Source: an uncultured Chloroflexia bacterium
GTDB taxonomy: Bacteria; Chloroflexota; Limnocylindria; Limnocylindrales; CSP1-4
Length of the DNA stretch: 64,000 nt
Reading direction: 5' to 3'
Assembly: GCA_963813535.1 (NCBI GenBank)
Contig: CAWEZH010000003.1
Location: 576,001 to 640,000, forward strand
Shown: positions 19,929 to 29,808 of the stretch, one piece after another
How positions within the stretch are numbered: position 1 is the stretch's first letter
Layout of the letters: each line of letters opens with the position of its first letter
Program-made: the position numbers and the translations under genes
Notes under the pieces: model-generated
The model's input: the letters and a program-made list of their open reading frames with translations, nothing else
The model's database searches: none
What the model was told of the DNA's origin: nothing

Positions 19929-19950
19929 CGGACGGCCCTAGGATGCACGC

Positions 19951-21402
19951 ATGGCACGGCACGCAGGTCGCGTTCGCATCGGGCTGACTGCGCTCCTGGC
20001 GGCCGTCCTCACGGCGTGCTCGTCGAGCTCGAACAGCCCGGGACCCGTCCGGACCGGAGAGCCCCCGACCGAGCGCATCCCCGTCATCATCGATTCAGAC
20101 TTCGACCTGAGCGACCTCGCCGCGATCGCCATCCTGCTGCGCGATCCGGCGGTCGACGTGCGGGCGATCGCCATCGACGGCACCGGTCTCGTCCACTGCC
20201 AGGCCGGACGACTGATGACACGCTATCTGCTCGACGAGCTCGGGTCGCCCGACATCCCGTTCGGATGCGGCCGCGAGGCCGGGGGCAGCGACGCTCATCC
20301 GTTTCCCGATGACTGGCGGGTGGTGGCCGATGCCGCGTACGGCCTGGACATCCCGCCACATGCAGAATTGGGCGTGCCGCGCGATGCGGTCGACGTCATC
20401 GCCGATGCGGTCGACGCGAGCCCGAGCGCCCCGACCATCATCACCCTCGGGCCGCTGACCAACCTCGAGGACGCCTTCGCCGCGGACGAGACCCTCGCCG
20501 ACCGCGTGGCCGCGGTCCACGCGATGCTCGGCACGGTCGACGCACCGGGCAACGTCTTCGTCGACGGGCTGGGTGCCACGGACCCGCTGGAGTGGAACGC
20601 CTACGCTGACCCGTCGGCGGTCACCGCGGTGCTCGACTCGGACGTGCCGATCTCGATCGTGCCGCTCGATGCGACCGACGACGTCCCCGTGCCGCCCGAT
20701 CTCGCTGATCGGCTGAAGGCCGATCACCAGGCCGCCGGCGCGGACCTCGTCTACGAGCTGCTCGTCCGCAACCCGCAGCGGCTCCGTTCCGACTTCGGGC
20801 AGCAGCTGTGGGACGAACTGGCGGCGCTGACATTGACCAGCCCGGATCTGGCGAGCTGGCAGGACGCATCGGTGACGGTCGAGGCCGACGGTCGGATGAC
20901 GCGGGACGAGGCCGGCAAGACCATCCGATTCGCGGCCTCGGCCGACCGGGCGGCGGTCGAGGACGGCTTGCTCGAGGCGCTCCGGCGTGGTGAGCCGCGG
21001 GTCACGCCGTTCACGCTGGCCGGCGCCATCGACGTGGTATTCGACGGCACGACCTGCTCGGTCAGCGGCGAATCCGACCAGCCCGGCGTCCACGAGCTCC
21101 GGTTCCAGGGACCGGCCGGCCGGCCGAGCGGGGTCGGTGTCGTCGGCATCCGGTCGCCGCACACCTGGGAGGAGGCCGCGGCGCTCCTTCCGGGGCTCGA
21201 CGTGGAGGCGCCACCGCCGGACTGGCTGGTGCAAGGGCCCGTCGCCGAGGACGCGACCGGGACCGGGCGGCCCGTGACGACGGCCGGCCCACTCACGGAG
21301 AACCTCGCCGGCGTCGCCTGCTTCGTCGGGACGTGGCCGGATCTGCGCTACACACCCGGCCGGCCGATCCAGGTCGGTGGCGGAGCCATCGAGCCGGCGT
21401 GA
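19951..21402 (+). CDS. Lipoprotein of the inosine-uridine nucleoside hydrolase family with C-terminal extension
   Basis: Lipobox LTAC; IIDSDFDLSD, LGPLTN, EWNAYADP, VPLDAT, LWD. Confidence 0.8.
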   Translation: MARHAGRVRIGLTALLAAVLTACSSSSNSPGPVRTGEPPTERIPVIIDSDFDLSDLAAIAILLRDPAVDVRAIAIDGTGLVHCQAGRLMTRYLLDELGSPDIPFGCGREAGGSDAHPFPDDWRVVADAAYGLDIPPHAELGVPRDAVDVIADAVDASPSAPTIITLGPLTNLEDAFAADETLADRVAAVHAMLGTVDAPGNVFVDGLGATDPLEWNAYADPSAVTAVLDSDVPISIVPLDATDDVPVPPDLADRLKADHQAAGADLVYELLVRNPQRLRSDFGQQLWDELAALTLTSPDLASWQDASVTVEADGRMTRDEAGKTIRFAASADRAAVEDGLLEALRRGEPRVTPFTLAGAIDVVFDGTTCSVSGESDQPGVHELRFQGPAGRPSGVGVVGIRSPHTWEEAAALLPGLDVEAPPPDWLVQGPVAEDATGTGRPVTTAGPLTENLAGVACFVGTWPDLRYTPGRPIQVGGGAIEPA

Positions 21403-22847
21403 CCGTCGCCCGCTCGGCGCTCGACGCCATCGTCGTCGGGTCCGGCCCGAACGGGCTTTCGGCGGCACTGACACTCGCCCGCGCGGGCCGCTCCGTTCGC
21501 GTCTATGAGGCGGCGGCCACGATCGGCGGAGGGACTCGGACCGAGGAGCTGACCCTGCCGGGGTTCCGCCACGACGTGTGTGCGTCGATCATGCCGCTGG
21601 CCCTCGCGTCACCGTTCTTTCGGACAGTCGACTGGGATGCGCTTGGCGTCGAGTTCGTCCAGCCGGATGCCCCGGTCGCCCATGCGCTCGACGACGGACG
21701 CGCGGTCGTGCTCGAGCGGTCATTCACGGCGACCGCCGCGAACCTCGACGAGGATCGACGGACGGACGATGGGTCGGCATGGCGGCGGCTCTTCGGTCCG
21801 CTCGCGAGGGACGAGGCCAAGCTTGGCCGGGAGCTCCTCCGACCGATCCTCCACGCGCCGCGCCATCCGCTGGCGCTGGCCCGCTTCGGGCTCCCGGCCC
21901 TGCGTTCGGCTGCCGGTCTCGCTCGGTCGCGCTTCCGGGGCGACGCGGCGCAGGCGCTGTTCGCCGGTCTCGCGGCACACTCGATGATCCGCCTCGACCG
22001 ACCACTGACGGCGTCGTTCGGTCTCGTGCTCGGGATGTATGCCCATGCCGTCGGGTGGCCGTTCGTGCGGGGCGGCACGGCGGCCATCGCTGACGCGCTC
22101 GCCGCCGAGGTCCGGCGCCTCGGCGGCGGCATCGTGACGGGGTACCGGGTCGAAACCCTCGACGACCTGCCGGAGGCCCGGGTCGTCATCCTCGATACCA
22201 CGCCGCAGGCGGCGGTCGACATCGCCGGCGATCGACTCGCGCCGCGGACCAGGCGGCGCTACGAGGGATTCCGCTACGGGCCGGGTGTCTTCAAGGTCGA
22301 CTGGGCCCTGGCGGGGCCGGTGCCCTGGACCGCTGACGGCCTGCGACGGGCTGCCACGATCCACCTGGGCGGGACGCTCGATGAGGTCATCCGCTCGGAG
22401 CGCCAGGTGGCCGCGGGCCGTCCGCCGGACCGCCCCTTCACCCTCCTCGCGCAGTACCAGCCGTGGGATCCGTCGCGGGCTCCTGCTGGCCGGCACACCG
22501 CCTGGGCGTACTGCCACGTGCCGCCCGGCTCGCCCATCGACATGACGGATCGCATCGAAGCGCAAGTGGAACGGTTCGCTCCCGGCTTTCGGGACCTGAT
22601 CCTCGCGCGGTCGACGCGCTCGCCGGCCGACATCGAGGCACACGACCCGAACCATGTCGGCGGCGACATCAACGCGGGCATCGCCGACGTCCGCCAGCTG
22701 CTCTTCCGTCCGACCCCGTCAGTGGACCCGTACCACGCAGGCGCGGGTCTCTACTTGTGCTCGTCATCGACGCCGCCCGCCGGTGGTGTGCACGGCATGG
22801 GCGGTCACCTCGCCGCGCGGTCGGCGCTACGGCGCGATCTGCGCTAG
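21399..22847 (+). CDS. Phytoene dehydrogenase-like NAD(P)/FAD oxidoreductase
   Basis: VGSGPNGL, GGGTRT...PGFRHDVC, YLCSSSTPPAGGVHGMGG. Confidence 0.9.
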   Translation: MTVARSALDAIVVGSGPNGLSAALTLARAGRSVRVYEAAATIGGGTRTEELTLPGFRHDVCASIMPLALASPFFRTVDWDALGVEFVQPDAPVAHALDDGRAVVLERSFTATAANLDEDRRTDDGSAWRRLFGPLARDEAKLGRELLRPILHAPRHPLALARFGLPALRSAAGLARSRFRGDAAQALFAGLAAHSMIRLDRPLTASFGLVLGMYAHAVGWPFVRGGTAAIADALAAEVRRLGGGIVTGYRVETLDDLPEARVVILDTTPQAAVDIAGDRLAPRTRRRYEGFRYGPGVFKVDWALAGPVPWTADGLRRAATIHLGGTLDEVIRSERQVAAGRPPDRPFTLLAQYQPWDPSRAPAGRHTAWAYCHVPPGSPIDMTDRIEAQVERFAPGFRDLILARSTRSPADIEAHDPNHVGGDINAGIADVRQLLFRPTPSVDPYHAGAGLYLCSSSTPPAGGVHGMGGHLAARSALRRDLR

Positions 22848-23539
22848 TCGTCGTCCTCGACGCCGACGGTCCCGCGCAGCCACGCCCCCAACCACAGGGC
22901 GCCCGCCGCCGGGATGATGATCCAGACGAGGAGCACGAGCATCACGATGATGACGGCGACCCGCAGGTCGTCGAGGCTTTCGCCCACCGTCCCGGTCTGG
23001 AGTCGCTCCGCGATCGTCCCCAGCTGCTCCCCGAGTGCGCCGAGCGAGGCGGCGTTGGCGAGGAGGGCGGTGCGGTTGCCCTCGAGGTCGCCCGCGATCA
23101 GCTCGAGCCTGGTATCGAGGCCGTCGAGGTTCGACGCCATCCCCCCGAACGCACCGGCCACCCCGGAGAGTGGCTGGCGGCCGAGGATCTGGACCTCGTC
23201 CATCTGCGCCTGGGCGGAGCGGAGGTCCGCCCGGATCTGGGCGACCGTGTCCGCGGTCTGGCGGACGACGGGCGGCGTCCGTTCGAGCGTGACCGCGAAG
23301 GAGGCCGCGGTCGCCGAAGCATCGGTCAGGACGGCCGCCGTCCGGTCGAGGGTCTCGACGACGGTGTCGATCTGTTGCTCCACCCGAGCGCCCGCCGCGG
23401 ACAGTCGTCCGCTGGCGTAGATAAGGGCGATCGCCGCGACGAGCGCCAGGATCAGGCCGATGACCCCGTAGACGATGAGGCCGGTGGCGAGCCGGCGCAG
23501 GCCGGCACGCAGGGATCGCGGGGCCGACCCGGCCGTCAC
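22844..23539 (-). CDS. Hypothetical membrane protein (TM - helical/coiled-coil - TM)
   Basis: Two terminal hydrophobic helices flanking a heptad-rich region. Confidence 0.7.
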   Translation of the reverse strand: MTAGSAPRSLRAGLRRLATGLIVYGVIGLILALVAAIALIYASGRLSAAGARVEQQIDTVVETLDRTAAVLTDASATAASFAVTLERTPPVVRQTADTVAQIRADLRSAQAQMDEVQILGRQPLSGVAGAFGGMASNLDGLDTRLELIAGDLEGNRTALLANAASLGALGEQLGTIAERLQTGTVGESLDDLRVAVIIVMLVLLVWIIIPAAGALWLGAWLRGTVGVEDDD

Positions 23540-25602
23540 CGCCAGGTGCTGCGCGCGGCGTCCGGATAGAGGCGGACCCTCCGGAACGGCTCTCGGCCGC
23601 GGGAGCGGGACACCAGGTTGGCGCGCTCCGCCATCTGGTGCTGGAGCCTGCGGATGTAGGCGTTCTGGGGGGACAGCTCGACCGCTTCGGACGATTGGAT
23701 GACGGCATCGATCGCGTCCTCGGTCTCCCGCAGCGCGGCCTCGCGGGGGTCGATCTCGAGCGAGAAGATCGACGTCAGGCTCGACTGCATCTGCGGGACC
23801 GTGTTGCTCTTGAGGACGTAGATCGGCATCGCGCGCTCCTCGGCCTCGCGGAGGAGTGGCGTCTTCTGCTTGTACTCGTTCTTGAGCGTCATGACGACAT
23901 CCGCTTCGTCGACGTCCCGGGCGATGACGACCGGCAGCCCGAGATCGCGGACCGCTTGCTCGAGCCGCTTGCGGCTGATGCCCTGGGGCAGGACCCGGAG
24001 CGTCGGCAGCGGTGAGCCGCCCGGCACGAGCACGGTCTCCCCGTGCTCGCCCTCGACCGCGCCGAGCGGCAGCGCCTCGGCTTCGTCGGCCTCGAGGTCG
24101 TCGGCGTTGACCGGCGCAGTGCCCTCGTCCGCCTTGTACGACTGCATCGCTCGCGATGCCTGATCCCGCCAGGCCTTCTGGCGTTCGAGCTCGCGGGCTT
24201 CGCGCGCGCGCTTCTCGAGGGTCGTAGCGGCGACCCCGCGCTCGAGCGGGCCGCGGTCGGCGATGTCACCGGCGACGAACGGGATGTCGCTAGGGCGTGC
24301 CGCGAAGCGCTCGCCGGGCATGACGTCGGGGTCGGCGCTCGACACCGGGCCGCGCGGCGCCTCGCGTCCCGGTCCGCCACGGGCCTGGCGCCAACCGCCG
24401 GACGCCCCGGGTCGATAGCCGGGCCGGTACGAGCCCCGCTCCGCTTCGCGGTAGCCGCCCCGCGCAGAGCCATCGCCGCGCCAGCCGGGCTCCATCCGCC
24501 ACGGCGAACCGCCACCGACCAGGCCCGCGAAGCGTTCGGCGCCCAGCTGCTCCCGGGGCGACGGCCTCGGCCGGCCCTGCGAGCGATGCACGCCCTCCTC
24601 GTCGCGCCAGCGCAGCTCGGGCGCCACGGCGTCGCCGCGCAGGAGCGCGTCGACGGTCTCGGCGACGTCGCTATGGACGGCCACCCGCTCCCGGTCCTGG
24701 ATCTCGACGATCACGTCGAACGTCGGGGGCGCCTTGCGCTCCAGCACGCTCTTCTGGGTCCGCCGCCGGCGAGCCTCCTCGTCACCGAGCGTCACGCTCT
24801 GGATCCCGCCGATGAGATCCGACAGCGTCGGATTGAGCATCAGGTTGTCGAGGTTGTTGCCGTGCGCCGTGCCGATGAGCTGCACACCGCGCTCGGCGAT
24901 CGTGCGGGCGGCCTGCGCCTCGAGCTCCGTTCCGATCTCGTCGATGACGATGACCTGGGGCATGTGGTTCTCGACCGCCTCGATCATCACCTCGTGCTGC
25001 AGCGATGGGGTGCGGACCTGCATCCGGCGGGCCTTGCCGATGGCCGGATGCGGGATGTCGCCGTCGCCGGCGATCTCGTTCGACGTGTCGACGACGACGA
25101 CGCGCTTGTCGACGTCGTCGGCGAGCACCCGCGCGGCCTCGCGGAGCATCGTGGTCTTGCCGATGCCCGGCCGGCCCATGATGAGGATCGACTTCCCGCT
25201 CTCGACGAAGTCCGCGATGATCTCGATCGTCCCGTACACCGCGCGACCGACGCGGCATGTCAATCCGACGACCTTGCCATTGCGGTTGCGGATCGCACTG
25301 ATGCGGTGGAGCGTGCGCTCGATACCCGCGCGGTTGTCGTCCCCGAACGAGCCGATGTGGTCGATGACGAAGGCGATGTCCGCCTCGACGATCTCACGAT
25401 CCAGGAGGGCAACCTCGGAATCAGGAAAGCGGCCCTCCGGGCGTCGACCGAGGTCCATGACGACCTCGATCAGCTCCTCACGATCGGGCAGCGCATGGAC
25501 GGCGTCGACGATCTCGGGCGGCAGCGATGACAGCATGGCGTCGAGATCGTCGATGGTCTCGCGCTGGCGGTCGTCGGATCCCACGCTGGCCTCCAGTCCC
25601 AC
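23536..25602 (-). CDS. Ycf45/SpoIIIAA-like AAA ATPase with C-terminal R3H domain
   Basis: DLGRRP, RAGIERTLHRIS, GRPGIGKTT, VDTSNEIAG, IDEIG, PQNAYIRRLQH. Confidence 0.9.
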   Translation of the reverse strand: MGLEASVGSDDRQRETIDDLDAMLSSLPPEIVDAVHALPDREELIEVVMDLGRRPEGRFPDSEVALLDREIVEADIAFVIDHIGSFGDDNRAGIERTLHRISAIRNRNGKVVGLTCRVGRAVYGTIEIIADFVESGKSILIMGRPGIGKTTMLREAARVLADDVDKRVVVVDTSNEIAGDGDIPHPAIGKARRMQVRTPSLQHEVMIEAVENHMPQVIVIDEIGTELEAQAARTIAERGVQLIGTAHGNNLDNLMLNPTLSDLIGGIQSVTLGDEEARRRRTQKSVLERKAPPTFDVIVEIQDRERVAVHSDVAETVDALLRGDAVAPELRWRDEEGVHRSQGRPRPSPREQLGAERFAGLVGGGSPWRMEPGWRGDGSARGGYREAERGSYRPGYRPGASGGWRQARGGPGREAPRGPVSSADPDVMPGERFAARPSDIPFVAGDIADRGPLERGVAATTLEKRAREARELERQKAWRDQASRAMQSYKADEGTAPVNADDLEADEAEALPLGAVEGEHGETVLVPGGSPLPTLRVLPQGISRKRLEQAVRDLGLPVVIARDVDEADVVMTLKNEYKQKTPLLREAEERAMPIYVLKSNTVPQMQSSLTSIFSLEIDPREAALRETEDAIDAVIQSSEAVELSPQNAYIRRLQHQMAERANLVSRSRGREPFRRVRLYPDAARSTWR

Positions 25603-25604
25603 GG

Positions 25605-26669
25605 CTAGCGGACCCCGGCCGGCACGAGGGCCGGCTCGGCGACGCGGACGAGCGTCTCCTTCATGAGCAGCGTGACGCTCGCGATCGATCCGAAGGATGC
25701 GTCCTCCAGGCGCCGGTCGATCGGCCCCTCATAGGTTCGCACGGGCGCGATGACGCCGTGGTCGTGTCGATGTTCGCTTCCTTTCGTCGTGCGTGCTTCG
25801 ATGATGCCCAGTCCGAATCCGATGAGCGCCGCGACATCGGTCTCGGGCCTTGCGAGCACCTTCAGGTAATGCGGCTGGTCCTCCTTGGCCACACCGACCT
25901 GCAGGAAGCCGTCGAGCTCCGTGCCGTCCTTGCCCCCGCCGGGTGCTTCCTGCACGAACGCTTCGATGTCGGCGAACCGCAGGATCGGGGCGAGGCTCGA
26001 GCGGGGCACGCGCCAGTGATTGCCCTGACGCTCCCAATCGGGGAGACGGATGGCCTCGAGGCGAGCCACCGGCGGCGGGGTAGCCGCGACATACAAGCGG
26101 TTGAGGGCCAGCGCATCGATCTGCTGGGCCGGACGGATCCGCGCGTCCCTGGTCGCCTTGTCGGTCCACGGCTTGGGCAGCTCCCCGTCCGGGCGGAACA
26201 TGATCCGTTCTTCCCCGTAGCGGATGAACCCGGCCTGCATCATCAGCTCCACGTTGCCGTCGACATCGGCACAGGCGACATGGAACCGCGCTGCCCCGCG
26301 CTTCGAGCCCTCTCGAAGGAGCTGGTTGACGAGCCGGTAGCGGATGTCGCCGGCGTCGGCCATCCCGACGGCATCGAGCTCGACGATCGTCCATTCGTCG
26401 CGGGTCGACTCGCGCTCCACACGGAGCAGCCCCGCGATCCGGCCGTCCTCCTCGTACACGTACATCAGGTCATTGGGGCGGAATGCCCCGAGCGGCAGCC
26501 GGAACAGGCTGAAGACGCCGATCGGCGGGCCGCTCACCGGCAGCCCGAGCGACCGGGTCGACGGATCGTCCGACTGGCACAGCCGTGAAAGCTCGCCCAG
26601 CGCGGCGAGGTCGGTGAGGCGGGCCGGGCGGACCTTGCCCTGCTTCCTGGGTGCGCGCGTGGCGGTCAT
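25605..26669 (-). CDS. Tandem GNAT-fold protein
   Basis: Two repeats starting VRPARLTD / IRPAQQID; AGFIRYGE. Confidence 0.65.
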   Translation of the reverse strand: MTATRAPRKQGKVRPARLTDLAALGELSRLCQSDDPSTRSLGLPVSGPPIGVFSLFRLPLGAFRPNDLMYVYEEDGRIAGLLRVERESTRDEWTIVELDAVGMADAGDIRYRLVNQLLREGSKRGAARFHVACADVDGNVELMMQAGFIRYGEERIMFRPDGELPKPWTDKATRDARIRPAQQIDALALNRLYVAATPPPVARLEAIRLPDWERQGNHWRVPRSSLAPILRFADIEAFVQEAPGGGKDGTELDGFLQVGVAKEDQPHYLKVLARPETDVAALIGFGLGIIEARTTKGSEHRHDHGVIAPVRTYEGPIDRRLEDASFGSIASVTLLMKETLVRVAEPALVPAGVR

Positions 26670-27301
26670 CGAACCTGCGTCCGCCTCGTCGGATGCGGTC
26701 GACGGCCGGATCCCTCGCCGGGGTCATCGTGCTCGGATGCCATCGTCGCGAGGAGGCGGTGGAAGCGCGTCTCGCCGGCGAGCTCCGGATGGAAGGCGGT
26801 GGCGAGCACGTTCCGCTCCCGGACGGCCACGATCCGGCCATCGTCGAGCCGCGCAAGGACGTCGACGTCGGGGCCCGCGTGCTCGATCACCGGTGCCCGG
26901 ATGAAGACGGCATGGACCGGTGTCGAGCCGAGGATGTCGATCGGGAGGTCGGTCTCGAACGAGTCCAGCTGGCGGCCGAAGGCGTTCCGTTCCACCCGGA
27001 CGTCGAGCAGGGGCAGGATCGGGTCCTCCTCGCCGGCGATGTCGCGTGCCAGGACGATCATCCCCGCACACGTGCCGAAGATCGGCGCGCCGGATCGCGC
27101 GAGGTCGAGGATGGGCTCGCGCAGACCCCAGCGGTCGATGAGCTGCCGCATGGTGGTGCTCTCGCCGCCGGGCAGGATCAGACCGCTGACGCCCTTCAGG
27201 TCGGCCGGCTCGCGCACGCGAACGCCCTCGACCCCGATGGCGTCGAGGGTGTCGAGATGCTCACGGAAGGCCCCCTGCAGGGCCAGTACACCGATCTTCA
27301 C
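26666..27301 (-). CDS. pdxT: PLP synthase glutaminase subunit
   Basis: GVLALQGAFREH, PGGESTT, GTCAG, RNAFGRQ, FHPE. Confidence 0.97.
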   Translation of the reverse strand: MKIGVLALQGAFREHLDTLDAIGVEGVRVREPADLKGVSGLILPGGESTTMRQLIDRWGLREPILDLARSGAPIFGTCAGMIVLARDIAGEEDPILPLLDVRVERNAFGRQLDSFETDLPIDILGSTPVHAVFIRAPVIEHAGPDVDVLARLDDGRIVAVRERNVLATAFHPELAGETRFHRLLATMASEHDDPGEGSGRRPHPTRRTQVR

Positions 27302-27419
27302 GGTCAGGTGAATGCTACGTCGTACCAGCACGTTCGCTCCGAGGACCGCGGCGACGCTCCCGTGAGCCAGCGGTCCGAGGACCTCCGCGGCGAAAGCGGC
27401 CCGGATCGACGAGACGTCG

Positions 27420-28307
27420 CTACCAGCCGCGGACGGCGAGGCGCTCCTGCTCCGGGATCTCCTCGAGGGCGATCCCGCGCATCGGGGCGCCTAGGCCCTT
27501 CGAGACCTCGGCGATCTTCTTCGCGTCGTCGAAGAACGTCGTCGCCTGGACGATGGCGTTGGCCATCCGTGCCGGGTCCTCGCTCTTGAAGATGCCCGAG
27601 CCGACGAAGACGCCCTCGGCGCCGAGCTGCATGACGAGGGCCGCGTCGGACGGGGTCGAGATTCCGCCCGCCACGAAGTTCACGACCGGCAGTCGGCCGT
27701 CGGTGGCGACGTCCTTCACGATCTCGAACGGCGCCTGCAGCTCCTTGGCGGCCACGAACAACTCGTCCTCGCGCATCCCCTGGAGACGGCGGATCTCGCT
27801 GTTGACGTCGCGCAGCTGGCGGACGGCCTCGACGATGTTGCCCGTCCCCGCCTCGCCCTTGGTGCGCATCATCGCGGCGCCCTCGTTGATGCGGCGGAGT
27901 GCCTCACCGAGGTTCCGGCAACCGCACACGAACGGCACGTTGAACGCGTGCTTGTCGATGTGGTTGGTCTCGTCGGCCGGGGTCAGGACCTCGGATTCGT
28001 CGATGTAGTCGACGCCGAGCGCCTCGAGCACCTGCGCCTCGACGAAGTGGCCGATGCGGGCCTTGGCCATGACGGGGATCGTCACGGCGTCCATGATCCC
28101 GGTGATCATCTCGGGGTCGGACATGCGCGCGACGCCGCCGGCCTTGCGGATATCGGCCGGCACACGCTCGAGGGCCATCACCGCGACGGCACCGGCGTCT
28201 TCCGCGATCTTGGCCTGGTCGGGCGTGACGACGTCCATGATGACGCCGCCCTTGAGCATCTGGGCGAGACCCTTCTTGGTCGCCCAGGTGGAGGTTTCGA
28301 CGGTCAT
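27420..28307 (-). CDS. pdxS: PLP synthase lyase subunit
   Basis: [43 protein letters not shown]. Confidence 0.98.
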   Translation of the reverse strand: MTVETSTWATKKGLAQMLKGGVIMDVVTPDQAKIAEDAGAVAVMALERVPADIRKAGGVARMSDPEMITGIMDAVTIPVMAKARIGHFVEAQVLEALGVDYIDESEVLTPADETNHIDKHAFNVPFVCGCRNLGEALRRINEGAAMMRTKGEAGTGNIVEAVRQLRDVNSEIRRLQGMREDELFVAAKELQAPFEIVKDVATDGRLPVVNFVAGGISTPSDAALVMQLGAEGVFVGSGIFKSEDPARMANAIVQATTFFDDAKKIAEVSKGLGAPMRGIALEEIPEQERLAVRGW

Positions 28308-28376
28308 GTGGGCTGTGGTTTCCTCATGGTTCGGGTCGCGCCGCGGGCCCGTCGGGGCGTGTCGCGCGCGTTCAGG

Positions 28377-28454
28377 ATTATGTCACGGGCCCCTTCCGAG
28401 GCCAATGAAGGAGGCCACCCGACCCGCCCTGCGAGCGCTGGACTCGAATGGACC
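28377..28454 (-). promoter_or_regulatory. pdxS promoter with repeated TGG(A/C)CTC sites
   Basis: TTGGCC-17 nt-CATAAT with extended TG; GAGGCCA at 28398 and 28411, TGGACTC at 28439, TGGACC at 28449. Confidence 0.5.
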
Positions 28455-28480
28455 GGTCGGGCGGTCAGGGACTGCGGTCC

Positions 28481-28990
28481 CTACGTGTCGACGAACGTGA
28501 AGCGGGTCATATCGTCGGGGAAGGTGGTCCAGGCGAATGCCTTCGTGGGCTGCAACTCCCACAGGCCGCCGTGCGTCCAGTGGTCCGCCGATGCCTCGTA
28601 CGTGGGCTTGTACTTCGCATAGCCCGCCAGGATCCGGTCGGCGATCGATGCCTCCGGCGCGGTCAGTTCCACGGCCGAGCCCTCGACGATGACCACCTCC
28701 GCGCCGGTCACGCCGGATCCGGCCCCTTCGACATGGATCGCCATCTGGGCGTTCTCGCGCAGGTTCCGCTGCCAGCGCGTCGGGCCGCCCTCGACATACC
28801 AATGACCGTCGACCCAGGCGCCCCAGATCGGGATGAGGTGCGGCGCGCCTTGGGCGCCGGCGGTCGCAAGCCAGTAGATCTCGGCGCGTTCGAGCCGCTC
28901 GACCGCCCAGGACCACGACAGCACGCCTTCGATCGTCGTGGGGATGCCGTACCCGGGAATGTGCGGCCGGTCGACGCGGGGTTCGCTCAC
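28481..28990 (-). CDS. Pyridoxamine 5'-phosphate oxidase-like (split-barrel, possibly F420) protein
   Basis: PGYG...LSWSWAVERL...YWLAT...PHLIPIWG, RNLRENA, DMTRF. Confidence 0.85.
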   Translation of the reverse strand: MSEPRVDRPHIPGYGIPTTIEGVLSWSWAVERLERAEIYWLATAGAQGAPHLIPIWGAWVDGHWYVEGGPTRWQRNLRENAQMAIHVEGAGSGVTGAEVVIVEGSAVELTAPEASIADRILAGYAKYKPTYEASADHWTHGGLWELQPTKAFAWTTFPDDMTRFTFVDT

Positions 28991-28995
28991 CCGAC

Positions 28996-29763
28996 CTAGC
29001 GCGAAACCGTCCGAACCACGCCGGACATCAGCTTCGTCGCGCGGCGTGCGGCCGTCGGCGAGAGTCGCGAGACCGCGTCGACGAGCTCCAGGACGTCGTC
29101 GTCGTCGAGGCCGCCGAGCAGGTCGAACAGCCGCAACACCGTGTCGTCCGGGATGCGATCCAGGAGGCGCAGCGCTCGTTCCAGCTCGCGCGGCTCGAGC
29201 TGCGGGACCAGGCCGACCGCCCGATCGAACAGCCGCACGAACACGACGAATGACGTCAGCCACTCCTCGAGCGCGGCGAGCTCGGCGTCGTCAGGGTCAG
29301 CTGCGGACGCCGCGGTCGCTTCCTTGGCCTTCTGCTCCAGGACGGCGACCACCGGGTCGCCCTCGCGGACCTTCCGCTCGGCGATCACGCGACCGAACCA
29401 CTGCCAGTGGTCGTTGACGGCCAGGAACGCGGTGCCCGCCGGGCCCCGACGACCGACGCGTCTCGGTTCCGACACGCGCGCGACGAGACCCCAGGATTCC
29501 GCCTCGGCGAGCGCGAGGCTCGCCGCACGATGCGACAGCCCGAGGGCCTCGCGGACTTCACGTTCGGTCAACGGCTCCTGGCGCGCCATCAGATAGGCCT
29601 GGACGCGAGCGATCGCCGGCGTGACGCCCCACGCCGCCCCCATCTCGCCCCACGCGTCGGCGAGGTCGAGCCTGATCGATTCTGCCGTCGATGGTCGGCC
29701 GGTGTCCGCCGCGGGATCGCCGTTCGATCCCTGGGCGTTGGTTGTGGCGATCGTTTCAGTCAT
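28996..29763 (-). CDS. GbsR/MarR-like transcriptional regulator with C-terminal extension
   Basis: WGEMGAAWGV...ARVQAYLM...PLT..EVREALGLS...L...WGLV. Confidence 0.8.
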   Translation of the reverse strand: MTETIATTNAQGSNGDPAADTGRPSTAESIRLDLADAWGEMGAAWGVTPAIARVQAYLMARQEPLTEREVREALGLSHRAASLALAEAESWGLVARVSEPRRVGRRGPAGTAFLAVNDHWQWFGRVIAERKVREGDPVVAVLEQKAKEATAASAADPDDAELAALEEWLTSFVVFVRLFDRAVGLVPQLEPRELERALRLLDRIPDDTVLRLFDLLGGLDDDDVLELVDAVSRLSPTAARRATKLMSGVVRTVSR

Positions 29764-29808
29764 AACTTGCTATGTGATGGTAGCACGAGACTGAGCGGGT
29801 TCTGGCGC

